Shown: piece by piece, positions 46,489-57,831 of the stretch
Layout: every line of letters begins with the position of its first letter
Numbering within the stretch: the stretch's first letter is position 1
IMG/VR virus record: IMGVR_UViG_3300042319_002777
Location: 1,086 to 65,085 of that record
DNA from: a virus
Taxonomy: Duplodnaviria > Caudoviricetes
Length of the DNA: 64,000 bases
Reading direction: 5' to 3' (one strand)
Translations under genes and position numbers: made by a program
The notes under the pieces: model-generated
Database searches by the model: none
What the model was told of the DNA's origin: nothing
Seen by the model: the letters and a program-made list of their open reading frames with translations, nothing else

Positions 46489-47196
46489 TTGGCATCAATC
46501 TGGGACCAAGGACAGGGCTGCAGAGGCCTTGAGGAGCCCGCCGAGGCCTATGACCGCTTCATGCAGTTCCTGGAGTTGGGCCCCGACCGGACCCTGACGG
46601 CCCTGGCCAAGATCCTGGGGATTTCACATCAGGCAATCAGCAAGGTAGCCGCCCGCTTCAACTGGAAAAAGCGATCCGAGGCCTACGACCGCAGCAGGGG
46701 CAAGAAAGGTAAGCCGAAGCGCACCGCGCCGCCCACCCCGCCAACACCGAAGCCGCCTCCAGTCCCGAAGGCGCCCCAGTCACCATCCCCGGCCAGCACC
46801 ACCAAGCTCGTCAACCCCGAGGTGCTGGGCCAAGTGGACGACTACATCACCGCCCTGGCCGAATCCCATCTGGAGGTGCTCAGCCGCTACCGCAAGGCCT
46901 ATGACGCCCTCGGCAGCGGCATGGCTGAGGAGGCCCAGGCCCTGTTCCCTTTGGTGCGGGCCTTTCGTGGTGACCTGGAACTCGCCCGCGAGATCTGGCG
47001 CCAGCTACTGGAGCAACAGGAGATCGAGCGGGCGAACGTGATGGCCCGGATGCTGTGGGATCTGATCCCGGCCTACTACCGCCTGTGCGAGGCCATGCAC
47101 GGGCTCGCGAATGGCGGCCGAACGCATTGGGGAGACAGCGCGGGCGTTCACAAGATCCTTGAGGAAGCCTTCAACCTCAAGAAGGGCCAGCCGTGA
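46489..47196 (+). CDS. Putative terminase small subunit (HTH); start uncertain
   Basis: EPAEAYDRFMQFLELGPDRTL..LA......I......NW..R..AYD. Confidence 0.55.
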   Translation: MASIWDQGQGCRGLEEPAEAYDRFMQFLELGPDRTLTALAKILGISHQAISKVAARFNWKKRSEAYDRSRGKKGKPKRTAPPTPPTPKPPPVPKAPQSPSPASTTKLVNPEVLGQVDDYITALAESHLEVLSRYRKAYDALGSGMAEEAQALFPLVRAFRGDLELAREIWRQLLEQQEIERANVMARMLWDLIPAYYRLCEAMHGLANGGRTHWGDSAGVHKILEEAFNLKKGQP

Positions 47197-47864
47197 GCGA
47201 GCCCCGCTGCACCGCCGAGATGGTGGCCACCATCGCCCGCGAGCACCCCGGCCAGCACCCGTACACACTGAGCCTGCTGCTGCAGGCCCGGTACGGCCGG
47301 GTTTTGGAAGGTCGCGAGGTGGCTCGGATATTGGCTGGGTTAATCCCTGTTCAGACAGGCAGTTAATGGGTATGCTTATCAGGTCATCAACTAGCGAACC
47401 CATGGCGCCCTGTGCTCCACCACCGCCAAGGCCCGATCCCAGGCCCGCACCACGCCGACGCCTCGCGCCTGATCTCGCATTGGCGGCGGCCACGCTTCAG
47501 CGCTCCGCCCTCCCCTGGGGCCACCCCAGCGCCGTGGAGCTGCGCCGCCTGTTCCGGGAGGAGCGATGAAGGAGCCCCGCTTCGTGATTCTGGCTGACCC
47601 TCCAAAATCTTATGGAAAGGCCATTGCTGCAGCGTGGTTTGCCGCTGGTTTCGCCGTGGGCTTTTTTGCGGCGATCCCTTTGGCCCCGTTGCTTGTTCTG
47701 CCGTCGAGGCATGCGCCTTGCCCGGTTCAGCGTATTCGCTGAATAAATAACAACAATCTTTTGAGATGGCCTAACCACTATCCCCCAAAACCCTGGGCCT
47801 GCACCGCCACTACGGCACAGCTGTGAGCCCCATGCTCACCACCCATTCCACCCCTCAAGCTCCC

Positions 47865-48503
47865 ATGCCTGAATCACTCCTCAACCTGCCCGAAATCCTG
47901 GCCAGCCACGCTCGCTGGTTGGCCTGTGATCCGAGCGGCCAACGCGCCAACCTCGACGGGGCCAACCTCAACAGGGCCAGCCTCGTCGGGGCCAACCTCG
48001 ACGGCGCCAGCCTCGTCGGGGCCAACCTCGACGGGGCCAACCTCGACGGGGCCAACCTCAACAGGGCCAGCCTCGTCGGGGCCAGCCTCGACGGGGCCAA
48101 CCTCAACAGGGCCAGACTCGACGGGGCCAACCTCGACGGGGCCAGCCTCGACGGGGCCAACCTCAACAGGGCCAGACTCGACGGGGCCAACCTCGACGGG
48201 GCCACTGGCATCGTTATCGCAGCCGACGCTCCTCAACGCCTCAGGGCCGCCGCAGCTGCCGCCCTCCAGGAGGGTGCGCTAGAGATGGGCGCCTGGCACT
48301 CCTGCGACACCACACATTGCCTAGGCGGCTGGCTGATCCATCAGGCCGGAGAAGTTGGCCGGCTCCTGGAGGCCACAGTCGGCCCAGGGATCGCCGGTTT
48401 GATGCTCGGCGGCGTCGAGGCTCACAGCCATTTTTACGACAGCAACGAAGCCGCTACCGAGTGGCTGCGTTCGGTGCTGGCGCAGCCTGAGGCGAAGTCG
48501 TGA
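47865..48503 (+). CDS. Pentapeptide repeat protein
   Basis: Tandem [15 protein letters not shown] repeats; C-terminal [13 protein letters not shown]. Confidence 0.9.
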   Translation: MPESLLNLPEILASHARWLACDPSGQRANLDGANLNRASLVGANLDGASLVGANLDGANLDGANLNRASLVGASLDGANLNRARLDGANLDGASLDGANLNRARLDGANLDGATGIVIAADAPQRLRAAAAAALQEGALEMGAWHSCDTTHCLGGWLIHQAGEVGRLLEATVGPGIAGLMLGGVEAHSHFYDSNEAATEWLRSVLAQPEAKS

Positions 48504-51500
48504 TCGAACCGCTATCCCCCGAGTCCCTGACCCGGTTGCGCCAAGCCGCCGCTGTCGGCGTCGTCGCGTCTCAAGTGCTGGTCAACCTGCTGGAGCGGGT
48601 GGAGGCGCTGGAGGCACGGCCGATCCCCGGTGCAGTTGAGCTGGTTCCCTCCACCCCCGAGGCCGCCCCGAAGGCCACACTGCGCAATGCGCTGCTCAGC
48701 GCGGAAGCCGCCCTATCGGACATTGCCGAAGGCGAAGAAACCAACGCAGCCCCGAACACATTTAAGTGGGCAGAGCAGCGATGCGCCGAGGCCCTGGCGA
48801 TCATCCGCCCGGTGATGCAGCAACACGGGATCCGCACATCGGGATACCCCCCGGCAGACGCCCAGCCCGCCCCGCCGGCCGCGCCTGCCGGGGGGTTGGT
48901 AGAGCGGGTGGTAGCGGCGATATGGGAAGCGGAGGAGCCGGCCGGGGAAGAGTACGAACGGGCCGCTATAGCCCGCGTCGCGATCCGCCACGTAGCGGCG
49001 TGCCTCGATCTGCAGGGCCAACACGGTTGCTCGCTGCTGCTGCGTGAGGAGGCCGACCAATGATTGAAATCAGCTGCCACGGCGGCCGGATCGGCCGGTT
49101 CTGGTGGGAGAACTCCGATCGCGGTGGGTTGTTTTTGCGTTCCGGCGAGTGCTACACCAGCTTTCGCCCTGGCCGCTGCGGTTGGGATGAGACCTGGCCA
49201 GACAATCACGCCTGGCCTGTGAGGCCATGGGGCAAGGGTGATGCTGCTGATGATTACTGGCGAGACTTTGCGGCTTTTGAACCGTGGCTTGATCGCCAAC
49301 TGGAGAGCCGAAAAGTTAATCATATTGATTTAAGCATTACAGACAAGATTGAGCTTTATTCAATGCTTTGCGCAGTGTTCCACTGTGGCATTGATGCCGG
49401 CCGCAACCCGTGGGGCTGGGCTCTGCGGGTTGAACAGCAAACCACCACAGAAGCCAAATGAAAGACTACAGAACAGTCGAAACCAGCCCCGAAGTCTGGG
49501 CCGTGATTCGCGCTCGGCACCCCGAACTTGTGCCATTTGGCACAGCATCATTTGAGGGTGACATGTTTACCTGCTATGGATTCCCCGGCACTGACTTTCC
49601 GATAATGGAGGCTCGTACTACCTGGGAAATCGGCCTAGAGTATCAACGCATCAATGAACAGCATCGCTACTGGCTGTGTATTCCAATTAAGGAGGCAACA
49701 TGAGCACCCCCGATCTGATCAAACGCCTCACCACGGCGCTGCGCGTGCAGCTCGATGGCGTCGCCCTTCACCAGGAGTTGCTGGCCGAGGCTGACGCCGC
49801 CCTGGCCCAGCCGGAGGGGGAGGGGCCGAGTGACCAGGAACTTGCGAGCTTCTTGGCCGATCGGCACAGAGCGCGAATGGAGAGTGAATCGGCGTTTGGT
49901 TGTCCCGATTTTGACGGAGCCAAGGCCAGGGCTGCTCGGATTGCCGATGCCCGCGCTGTCCTCGCCCGCTGGGGCCGCGCCGTCACCCCGCCAGCGCCGG
50001 AGCCGAAAGCAGCACCGGAGGTAGGGGAGGTGGCGGAGTTGGTGGTGTGGCTGACCATGCTGCGGGACAATTCCACGGGGATCGCTACCCGGTACGACGA
50101 GAGGCTCGCACGCATCGCCACCCTGCTGCAGCAGCCCTCCGAGCCCGCCCCGGCGGTGGTGCCGGTGGCGGTGAGTGAGCGGCTGCCGGGGCCGGAGGAT
50201 TGTGACGAAGATGGGTTTTGTTGGATGGGTTACGGATACAGGCTCCCTGGGGAAAACGAAAAAGATCAATACGCTATATGGATGCTTATGCCTTTTGAAG
50301 AATCAAATGGAGAAGTGTGGGTCCGCGCCAGCGACATCCCGCTACCCCAGGCCGGGGAGGTGGAGGGATGAAATGGGATGCCTAGGTAGTGTTCTGGATC
50401 TGCTTTTTTGTCTACGAAATCGCCATTCAACTTTACCCAAACGGGATTAAACCATGACTATCACTGAAAGCAGCAGCAACCTGCCAGCACAAATGCACTG
50501 CACTAACCGCACCAGCCCCTTGGGTGAGGATTACATCGGAACTTGTTACTTATGCGGCAAGACAGGGATTGGAGATGCTGAGATGTTTGAAGAGTGCAAA
50601 AACCCCAATGGATTGACGCAAGGTGAAGCACTCATTGAAGCGCTTGAAAACCCTGCCACCACCCTGCTGCTGCAGCAAGCCCAGCCCGCCCACGCCATCG
50701 CGCCGCCCCAGGCCGGGGAGGTGGAGGCGTGAGCAAAATCAAGAAGACGATTGCCGACTACCGCCCGTTTTTTGCGCTGAGCGAACTGCTGGATGCTCTC
50801 ATTGCTGGCGAGCTGATAGCAAAAGATAGAAAGGCTGTTACCCGCCGCCTGAGAAGAATTAGGGAAGCTGTGCTCGCCGCGCCTGAGGCGGCGATGGTGC
50901 CGGTGGTCTATGACGCTGGAGATGGCATTTCGATTCACCGGGCCAGCCAAGCCCCTGAAGCGTGGGCTGTTCGCAGGGATATGGATTGCCTTGCGCTTGA
51001 CGGCACATGGAGTTGTGAGCCGATGCCGTCAAGCCAAACCGAGGAATGGCTGGCACGCCATCGGTTCGCCTCGGCCGAGGCTGCCGCCCACGCCATCCCG
51101 CTGCCCCAAGCCGGGGAGGTGGAGGCGTGAGCAACAAGCAACTCTATCTACTTTGCGCCGTGATTCTCTTCACGGTGAGCAATATATTCCGGCCTGCACT
51201 TTTATTCGGGATTGCGTTGTCTTTCCTTGCCCTGTTTTTTATTCACAGAAACATGAACGAACCACTTTCCCCCGCCGCACAAGCGGTTGACGATGCGACC
51301 CGCAACACATGGTTCACTCGGGACTTTCCCCGCCCCATTGCCGCCGCCGCCCTCCGCGCCGCTTCAGGCCGAACGGGAGACCTGATCGGCGACATTTCTC
51401 ACCCGAAGTTTGCAGAGGGCGTGCTCGCTGCGGTGGACCTCCTGGAGCGCATCGCCAACGAGCTGGAGACCCCCAATGCCTGAATGCTTCCCGGACATGC

Positions 51501-51853
51501 CCCGCCACGTCCGCCAGCGCGGCGATGAATGGCAGGGCGCCGACCACCAGAACGGCCCTAGGCGGCCGATCCCGGCGCCTCAAGCTGGGCTGCCATGGCG
51601 AACCGATGGACCGGCCCCGGCCACCATCACCCCTGCCGACCGCCTGGCCTTGGCGGTGTGCCGTGGCGCTTGCCCAACCGGTGGCCCATGCCCGGTCGAG
51701 GCGATCTGCAGTGACTGCCGCCGCGACTCCGCCGCCGTCGCCCACGAGATTGCCCGGCAACTGCGAGAGCGCTACGGCAGCAGCGCCATAGCCGACTGGC
51801 TCGACGGGGTGGGGTGCCACACGCCGAGGGCCGGGCGAGCGGTGCATCCATGA
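48500..51853 (+). CDS. Array of coupled hypothetical ORFs (48500-49063, 49060-49461, 49458-49703, 49700-50371, 50454-50732, 50729-51130, 51127-51483, 51476-51853)
   Basis: RTGA overlaps; three end in PQAGEVE[G/A]. Confidence 0.65.
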
Positions 51854-52323
51854 CCACCCCCCCAACCGAGTGCCCCAGCTGCCACGGCAACAGCTTCCGA
51901 ACAGCTGACACCCGGCTGAATCGAGATGGCCGCCGCCGCCGCCGGTATCGGTGCCACAGCTGTGAATATCGCTGGACTGCCTGGGAGGGCGAGCGCAGCC
52001 AGTCGCCACCCAAGAAGAAGCAGCGCCGCCCGCTGAGCCCCGAGGAGGTGCGCCTGATCCTGCTGTCGCCGTTGAGCAGCTGCAGCCTGGCCAAGCAGCT
52101 GGGCTGCTCCCATGAGGCGGTGTGCTCGGTTCGCCGCGGCGACACGCACGCCCAGCTCTGGCCGGAAATTCCGCGGCAGCGTGCCAGGACCGGCCCCTCG
52201 TGCTTTGACTGCAGCCGCTGGCGTGGTGGATCAAACCCCTGCAAAGACGGGGTGCCGGAAGCGAAAGCCAGCAACCCCGGCTTTGCAGCCGAATGTGAGC
52301 TGTATGACCCGCGTGCGGGATGA
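51850..52323 (+). CDS. NrdR-like zinc ribbon plus HTH plus Cys-cluster protein
   Basis: CPSC...DTR...RRRRYRCHSCEYRWT. Confidence 0.7.
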   Translation: MTTPPTECPSCHGNSFRTADTRLNRDGRRRRRYRCHSCEYRWTAWEGERSQSPPKKKQRRPLSPEEVRLILLSPLSSCSLAKQLGCSHEAVCSVRRGDTHAQLWPEIPRQRARTGPSCFDCSRWRGGSNPCKDGVPEAKASNPGFAAECELYDPRAG

Positions 52324-52541
52324 GCCAATCCCTGTCAGGATAGCCACAGAACAACCATCCTTTGCCTTGGGTTAATGCCGCAGCAATCTCCGCCGCCCCG
52401 CATCGCCTGCCTTGCGCCCGAGGGTGAGCCAGCACGCTTCAAGGCCCTCTGCAGCCCAGAGGCCCCTGCCACACCACGCAAGCGCCTGGCCGCCGCCCGC
52501 GCCCGCATCAACCGCCGCAAGCCCGCACGCCTTCGCCGCCC

Positions 52542-53237
52542 ATGACATCACCAAATGATCAGCGCGAAACTCTCATCCCCGGCACGAACGGGAAGATTCG
52601 CCACCTACGGCCCGCCGGCCCCATCCCCGACTGGCGCATCCGCCAGCTCGCCGCCGAGGGCATGATCAGCCCGTTTGAGCCGGGGAAAATTCGCTCAGTT
52701 ACGGAGCAAGAACTAGATTTGCCTGCAAGTAATCTATATAGCACCTCTCAGCGTCCAGTCATCAGTTACGGTTGCTCCTCTTACGGCTACGATCTTACTC
52801 TTTCACCAAAAGACTTTCGCATCTTTCGGCACGTTCCCGGTTTAATCGTAGACCCCAAAAACTTTGACGATCGCTGCCTAATTCAAGCAAAACTAAATCA
52901 CGATAAACAAGGTTCGTATTTTATTCTTCCTGGCCACACTTATGCTCTTGGCGCAGTTGGGCCACGCCTCAAGCTCCCGCCCAATGTTACCGCAATTTTT
53001 ATTGGCAAAAGCACCTACGCCCGCTGCGGTGTTATTGTCAACCTCACCCCCGGCGAAGCTGGCTGGGAAGGCCACCTAACCCTAGAAATAAGCAATTCAT
53101 CAGGTGCCGACTGCCGCATCTACGCCGATGAAGGGATTTGCCAGGTACTCTTCTACGAAGGGGTGCCCTGCGACAACCCCTACGGTGATGGCAAATACCA
53201 AGGGCAAGAAGCCGGTGTGACATTGGCTAGAGTTTGA
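52542..53237 (+). CDS. dcd: dCTP deaminase
   Basis: ISYGCSSYGYD, GKSTYARCG, EAGWEGHLTLEISN, KYQGQ. Confidence 0.93.
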   Translation: MTSPNDQRETLIPGTNGKIRHLRPAGPIPDWRIRQLAAEGMISPFEPGKIRSVTEQELDLPASNLYSTSQRPVISYGCSSYGYDLTLSPKDFRIFRHVPGLIVDPKNFDDRCLIQAKLNHDKQGSYFILPGHTYALGAVGPRLKLPPNVTAIFIGKSTYARCGVIVNLTPGEAGWEGHLTLEISNSSGADCRIYADEGICQVLFYEGVPCDNPYGDGKYQGQEAGVTLARV

Positions 53238-53273
53238 TTGGCTTGATCATTGCTTACATCGCTACCGCCGACC

Positions 53274-55133
53274 ATGACCCAACCCGACTTTCGCGCCGCC
53301 CTGAAGCAGCTAGCCGACGCTGTTGACGGGTGGGAGATAGAGCCAGCAGCGGATGACCCGCTGGCCATGGCCATGGATCACGCCCGCAAGCTGCTGAAGG
53401 CCGCCGAGGAAGGCGAGCGGCTGTCATCCGGGAAGCTGGTCAGCGAACGGCTAGACGAGCTTTTGGCCGAGGTCGAGCAAAGGGGCCTTGAGCCTGCTGA
53501 GGTCGTCCTAGGTGGCCGCGCCTTTCAGCTTTATTGCAAAGAGAGGCACGTATACGCCCCAGGTGGAAGATTGCACGGTGGCTACCACGGACTTCCGGTA
53601 ACAGAATGGGACTCAGAAGCCGCTGAATATGTTGCTATTGAATGCCATCAGTGACGCCACACGACCAACCCACTTGCCCCCACCACCGATGACCGACCCT
53701 CGCATCATTGCCCTGTCTTCCAATCCAGGACAGGTTGAACCGGGCCCGTTTTCAGAGCACGAACTGCGCCAGCAGTGGAACGCGCAGGCTGATGAGTTCA
53801 ACCAATGGGAATCGCTGGATTCCTCCGAACAGTTGGCATGGGCTCAAACCCGCGCCATTGCCGCGGCTGCCACGGCCTCACCTGAGCTTCCTAAGCCCGA
53901 GGCGGAGCGCGTCCTGAGGCTGGCCGAGATCATCAATAAGGTGGGCCTCGACTACGACAGCAAAGACATTGTTTTCAGCGCTGCAGCGCTGGCTGAGGCG
54001 ATCCTGGCGCATCCTGGGTTCAGTGGCTGCCACGATGGCCCTGCTGCCTCGGCGGTGAGCCCGGTAGAGCCAAGCCCTGTGGTCATCAGTGAAGCTCAAA
54101 ACATGTGGGTAGACGAGCTGTATACCGAATGGTATCGCTGCCCCCAATGCAAAGACGACATGATCACCCGTGCCTCTAATTTTTGCCCTAAATGTGGGGT
54201 GAAACTTCAATGGGAGTGAGGTGCCACCAATGCCTGACATCAACACCCCCAACCTCCTGCCCTGCCCGTTCTGCGGGGGCACTGAACTAAGCATTCGCAC
54301 AGACCTTCAAAGCAGCATTGCCTATGTCGTTTGCAGCAACTGTGACGCACAGGGGCCGCTTGCCAGCTTCGCAGAGATGTTGTGGGAGAAAGAAGAAGCC
54401 GCCGCCGGCTGGAACCAGCGCAGCCCCTGGCAGCCGATTGAAACGGCGCCAGTAGATGCTGTCGAGATACTTGTGTTAGATGGAAGGAAGGTGAAATCAG
54501 TTGTATCAAGCGGTCCCGATGCAGGCTGTTTTTCAAATGAATTTGGAGACGAAGAATCTTTGGTATGGTTCCCTACCCACTGGCAGCCCCTCTACTTGCC
54601 ACCCACCACCACTCCTAGCCCCCATGCTTGACGCCAACGACCCCGCCTTCCGCCAGCAGTACCCCAACGGCGCCACCGTCTACGACCGCACCGGGCGCAG
54701 GATCAGCGGCGTGGTGGCCTTCAACCCGGCAACGGGGGAGGTGATCCGCCATGGCACAAGCCGCATCGTTGGCGCGGTCTTGCGTCTGGTCAGGAGCCAC
54801 CCGCAGATCTGGGATCTCCCGGCTGAGTTTCGCCGCCACGGCTTCTGGCCCGCTCCGCTGACGATCAGGGCGAACATGCCACCGCTACCTAGGCACCCGA
54901 TGTGCCGGTGCATTCTTATGCTTCCAGTGCCACTCAAGCCGGCAACCGAAGCCGATCTAGCTTTTACGATTAACGAACCCTTGCCAGAAGTGGCATGGAG
55001 ATCACTGGTTGCAGGTGAATCCGTCACGACAGAAGAATTCATTGACCCCTGTCGTCCGCCCCTCCCAGTGCTTGACGACCGCACCCCGGAGGAAATCTGC
55101 GGCTACGGCGATGACGGGCTTTGTAGTCACTGA
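53274..55133 (+). CDS. Four hypothetical ORFs (53274-53654; 53689-54219 zinc ribbon; 54230-54631 Lar-like CPFCG plus WQPIETAP; 54624-55133)
   Basis: ORF track and motifs. Confidence 0.6.
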
Positions 55134-55145
55134 ACCCCGCCCCTG

Positions 55146-56693
55146 ATGCCCCTAAACCTCCTCCACCACGCCGCCTACCACGACTGGGGCGGCTTCCCCG
55201 CGATGCGGGAGGTGCAGGAGGCCAGGGCCGCAGAAGCGGCGATCCCGGCGGCAGTGGAGCCTTACACCAATTCCTTCAGGCAGTACATCGCTGATGCCTT
55301 CCCGCGCTTCCCGTTTACGCCTCACACAGAACGGCTGATCGCCCTTGGCCAGCGCTTCGCCGATGGCGACCTGCCGCGGCTGATGGTGGAGCTCCCCCCG
55401 AGGCACTGGAAGTCCACAATCTTCAGTCGGTTCCTGCCCGGCTACTGCCTGCGGCGGTTCCCCGATCGCTCCGGGGGCATCTGCTGCCAGACCCAGGATC
55501 TTGCGGTGGGGTTTTCCGAGAATGCCCGCGATTACTTCGCCGCCAGTGGTGGCCCGTTGAGCCCCACCCGCTCAGGGAAGGAGGAATGGGGCACCGCCGA
55601 TGGGATCGGAACGATCTGGACTGCAGGCATCGGCAAGGGCACCGGCAAGCCAGGGCACTGGCTGTTCATCGATGACCCGATCAAGGGCAGGGAAGAGGCC
55701 GAATCGGCGGCCTTCCGCCGGCAGGTTCACAACTGGTGGGATTCAGTGCTGAGCGCCCGTGAGGAGCCCGGCAACGGCGTGGTGGTGGTTCACACCCGCT
55801 GGCATGAGGCCGATCTGATCGGCTACCTGTTGAGCAAGAACCTGGAACTGGAGAAGGAGGACATGGAGGACGACTGCGAGCGCTGGCACGTCGTCTCCCT
55901 GCCGATCTCTGCGGTGCCCGCCAACGACATCAAGCCCCTACCGGCCACCGTCACCCGCGAGGCCGACAGCCGCCAGCCCGGCGAGGCCCTGGACCCCGAT
56001 CGTTTTGATGAGCGATGGATCAAGCGGAAGAGGGCCAACACGCCAGAGCGGGACTGGGAATCGATTTTTCAGCAGCGGCCGAGCGCCGGGAAGGGGACCG
56101 TTTTCTTCCTGGATCGAATGCGGTTCTACGGCTGCCCGGCCTGGCCCGGCAAGCCCGACGACCCCGAGCTGCCGACGCACTTCATCCGCCGGATCCTGTC
56201 GGTTGACTGCACCTTTGACGACACCGCCGGTAGCGACATGGTGGCGATGACCCTTTGGGGGCAGACCCCTCAAGGCGCCTGGTTGCTGGATCTGGTGAAT
56301 GAGCGCTTGGACTTTCCCGCTACGGTGAGCATGATCCGCTCGATGTACACCCGGCACCGCTTCGGGGAGCTGGTGATCGAGAAGAAGGCCAACGGCGCCG
56401 CAGTGATCAAGACCCTCACGCAGGGCGCCCACGGCTATCAGGTGGTTGCCGCCGGGGTCGGTGACATGGGCGGCAAGGAATCCCGCGCCAATGCTGCCAG
56501 CGTGGAGTTCAACAACGGCCGGGTGTTCCTGCCTCGCTCCGCCCCCTGGAGCAATGTGGTCAAAGATCAGTTATTGCAATTCCCCGCAGCAACGTTCGAT
56601 GACATTGTGGACAGCACAAGTCAGCTCTTGATCTATCTCTCCAGCTCTGGTCCCATCAGTTTCTCTACGGTGAGCTATGGCTATGGCGCCTAA
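55146..56693 (+). CDS. terL: Terminase large subunit
   Basis: PPRHWKST Walker A, FIDDPIK Walker B, TRWHEADL, IEKKANG, FPAATFDDIVDS. Confidence 0.95.
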   Translation: MPLNLLHHAAYHDWGGFPAMREVQEARAAEAAIPAAVEPYTNSFRQYIADAFPRFPFTPHTERLIALGQRFADGDLPRLMVELPPRHWKSTIFSRFLPGYCLRRFPDRSGGICCQTQDLAVGFSENARDYFAASGGPLSPTRSGKEEWGTADGIGTIWTAGIGKGTGKPGHWLFIDDPIKGREEAESAAFRRQVHNWWDSVLSAREEPGNGVVVVHTRWHEADLIGYLLSKNLELEKEDMEDDCERWHVVSLPISAVPANDIKPLPATVTREADSRQPGEALDPDRFDERWIKRKRANTPERDWESIFQQRPSAGKGTVFFLDRMRFYGCPAWPGKPDDPELPTHFIRRILSVDCTFDDTAGSDMVAMTLWGQTPQGAWLLDLVNERLDFPATVSMIRSMYTRHRFGELVIEKKANGAAVIKTLTQGAHGYQVVAAGVGDMGGKESRANAASVEFNNGRVFLPRSAPWSNVVKDQLLQFPAATFDDIVDSTSQLLIYLSSSGPISFSTVSYGYGA

Positions 56694-56749
56694 GCATTCA
56701 CTGATGCAATAATGGGACAACAAACAGGCCCAAATCCGGTGCGTTGAGC

Positions 56750-57661
56750 ATGGCCACCACCACCCGGCGCCTCAGGGCCGCCCGCAGCCAGAAGGTCCGG
56801 CCCGACCCGTGTCCTGATCTGGACCGGCTCAAGGGGTTCCCGCCGCCTACGGCATGGTCGGAGCAGCTGGCGGCCGACAACCTCCTTTTGGCCGCCAGCA
56901 TGGCCAACCGGATGGCCCGGTCCACCCGGATGCCGTTTGACGACCTGTTCCTGGTGGCCGCCAGAGGCCTGCTCAACGGCTGCCGCAAGTATGACCCCGA
57001 GCGCCTTAACCCGGCCACCAAACGCCCCTATGCCCTGTCCACGTGCGTGGTGCCCTACGTCCGTGGGGCCATGGCCCAGTGGCTGCGGGACCGGGGCCAC
57101 AGCTCCGGGGTGAAGTTCCCCGATAAGTGGAGGGACGTGGCGCCCACGGTGCGGCGCCTCGCCGCCGACGGGGCCACCCTCTCGGCCGTGGTGGAGGCCA
57201 CCGGGCTCGCGCCTGAGGAGGTGACGGCGATCCTTGAAGCACAGGGGGCCACGCGGCTCCTCGACCCTGAGGCCCTCCATGCCAACCGTGAGCCCGACCC
57301 GTGGGATGAGATCGAGAGCTACGACGAGCTGAACGAGGTGCTGCGGATCGCAGACGAGGCCCATGCCGCTCTGCGGTGGGCGGATCGGCAGATGCTGGAA
57401 GCGGCCTGGGATGCCCAGCCCCGGCGCCAGGTGGCGCGGATGCCCCATGGGCAGTTCCTGCGGCACGCCGAGGGCATCATTTGGGGCGAGCGACTGAAGC
57501 CGGCGCCAGAGCAGCAGGCCCTGGCCTTGGTCGTGCCTGACGGGGCTGCAGGGGGCCCCGAGGGCAAGGCGGGGCGACGCATCACGGATCCGGTTGAGAT
57601 CCTGCGGGTGGCGGAGCAGTTGGATTTGTTTGGTGCCTGTCGGGATGGGGGTGGGGCATGA
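56750..57661 (+). CDS. Phage sigma factor, SigF/SigB (group 3)-like
   Basis: Region 2: NLLLA...FDDLFLVAARGLLNGCRKYDP...LSTCVVPYVRGAMAQWLRD; region 3 HTH; degenerate region 4. Confidence 0.85.
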   Translation: MATTTRRLRAARSQKVRPDPCPDLDRLKGFPPPTAWSEQLAADNLLLAASMANRMARSTRMPFDDLFLVAARGLLNGCRKYDPERLNPATKRPYALSTCVVPYVRGAMAQWLRDRGHSSGVKFPDKWRDVAPTVRRLAADGATLSAVVEATGLAPEEVTAILEAQGATRLLDPEALHANREPDPWDEIESYDELNEVLRIADEAHAALRWADRQMLEAAWDAQPRRQVARMPHGQFLRHAEGIIWGERLKPAPEQQALALVVPDGAAGGPEGKAGRRITDPVEILRVAEQLDLFGACRDGGGA

Positions 57662-57771
57662 GCACCACCCTGCACCTCCGCGAGGCCCAGTATCACGCCA
57701 TCGCCGAGCAGCGGATCAGCAGGGCCGCAGCGGCTGGGCATCAGCCCGACCTGTTCAGCCTCACCGCCTAA
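57658..57771 (+). CDS. 37-aa peptide, possible methyltransferase C-terminal remnant
   Basis: REAQYHAIAEQRI...QPDLF; coupled to the sigma gene. Confidence 0.4.
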   Translation: MSTTLHLREAQYHAIAEQRISRAAAAGHQPDLFSLTA

Positions 57772-57799
57772 CCCGCCCCTGTCACGACCCCCACGCAAG

Positions 57800-57809
57800 C
57801 GGGAAAACT
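57800..57809 (+). promoter_or_regulatory. Putative late promoter (copy 14)
   Basis: Exact motif 22 nt before GTG 57832. Confidence 0.75.
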
Positions 57810-57831
57810 GGGCCAGAAGGACTAGGCACCG

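Noticed and set aside
47940-48203. 15-bp tandem DNA repeats and the long antisense or alternative ORFs over them
   Set aside because: Fully explained by the pentapeptide-repeat protein
35848-50457. Stop-codon reassignment
   Set aside because: The two internal stops differ (TAA, TAG), long genes are uninterrupted, and all three stops terminate normal genes
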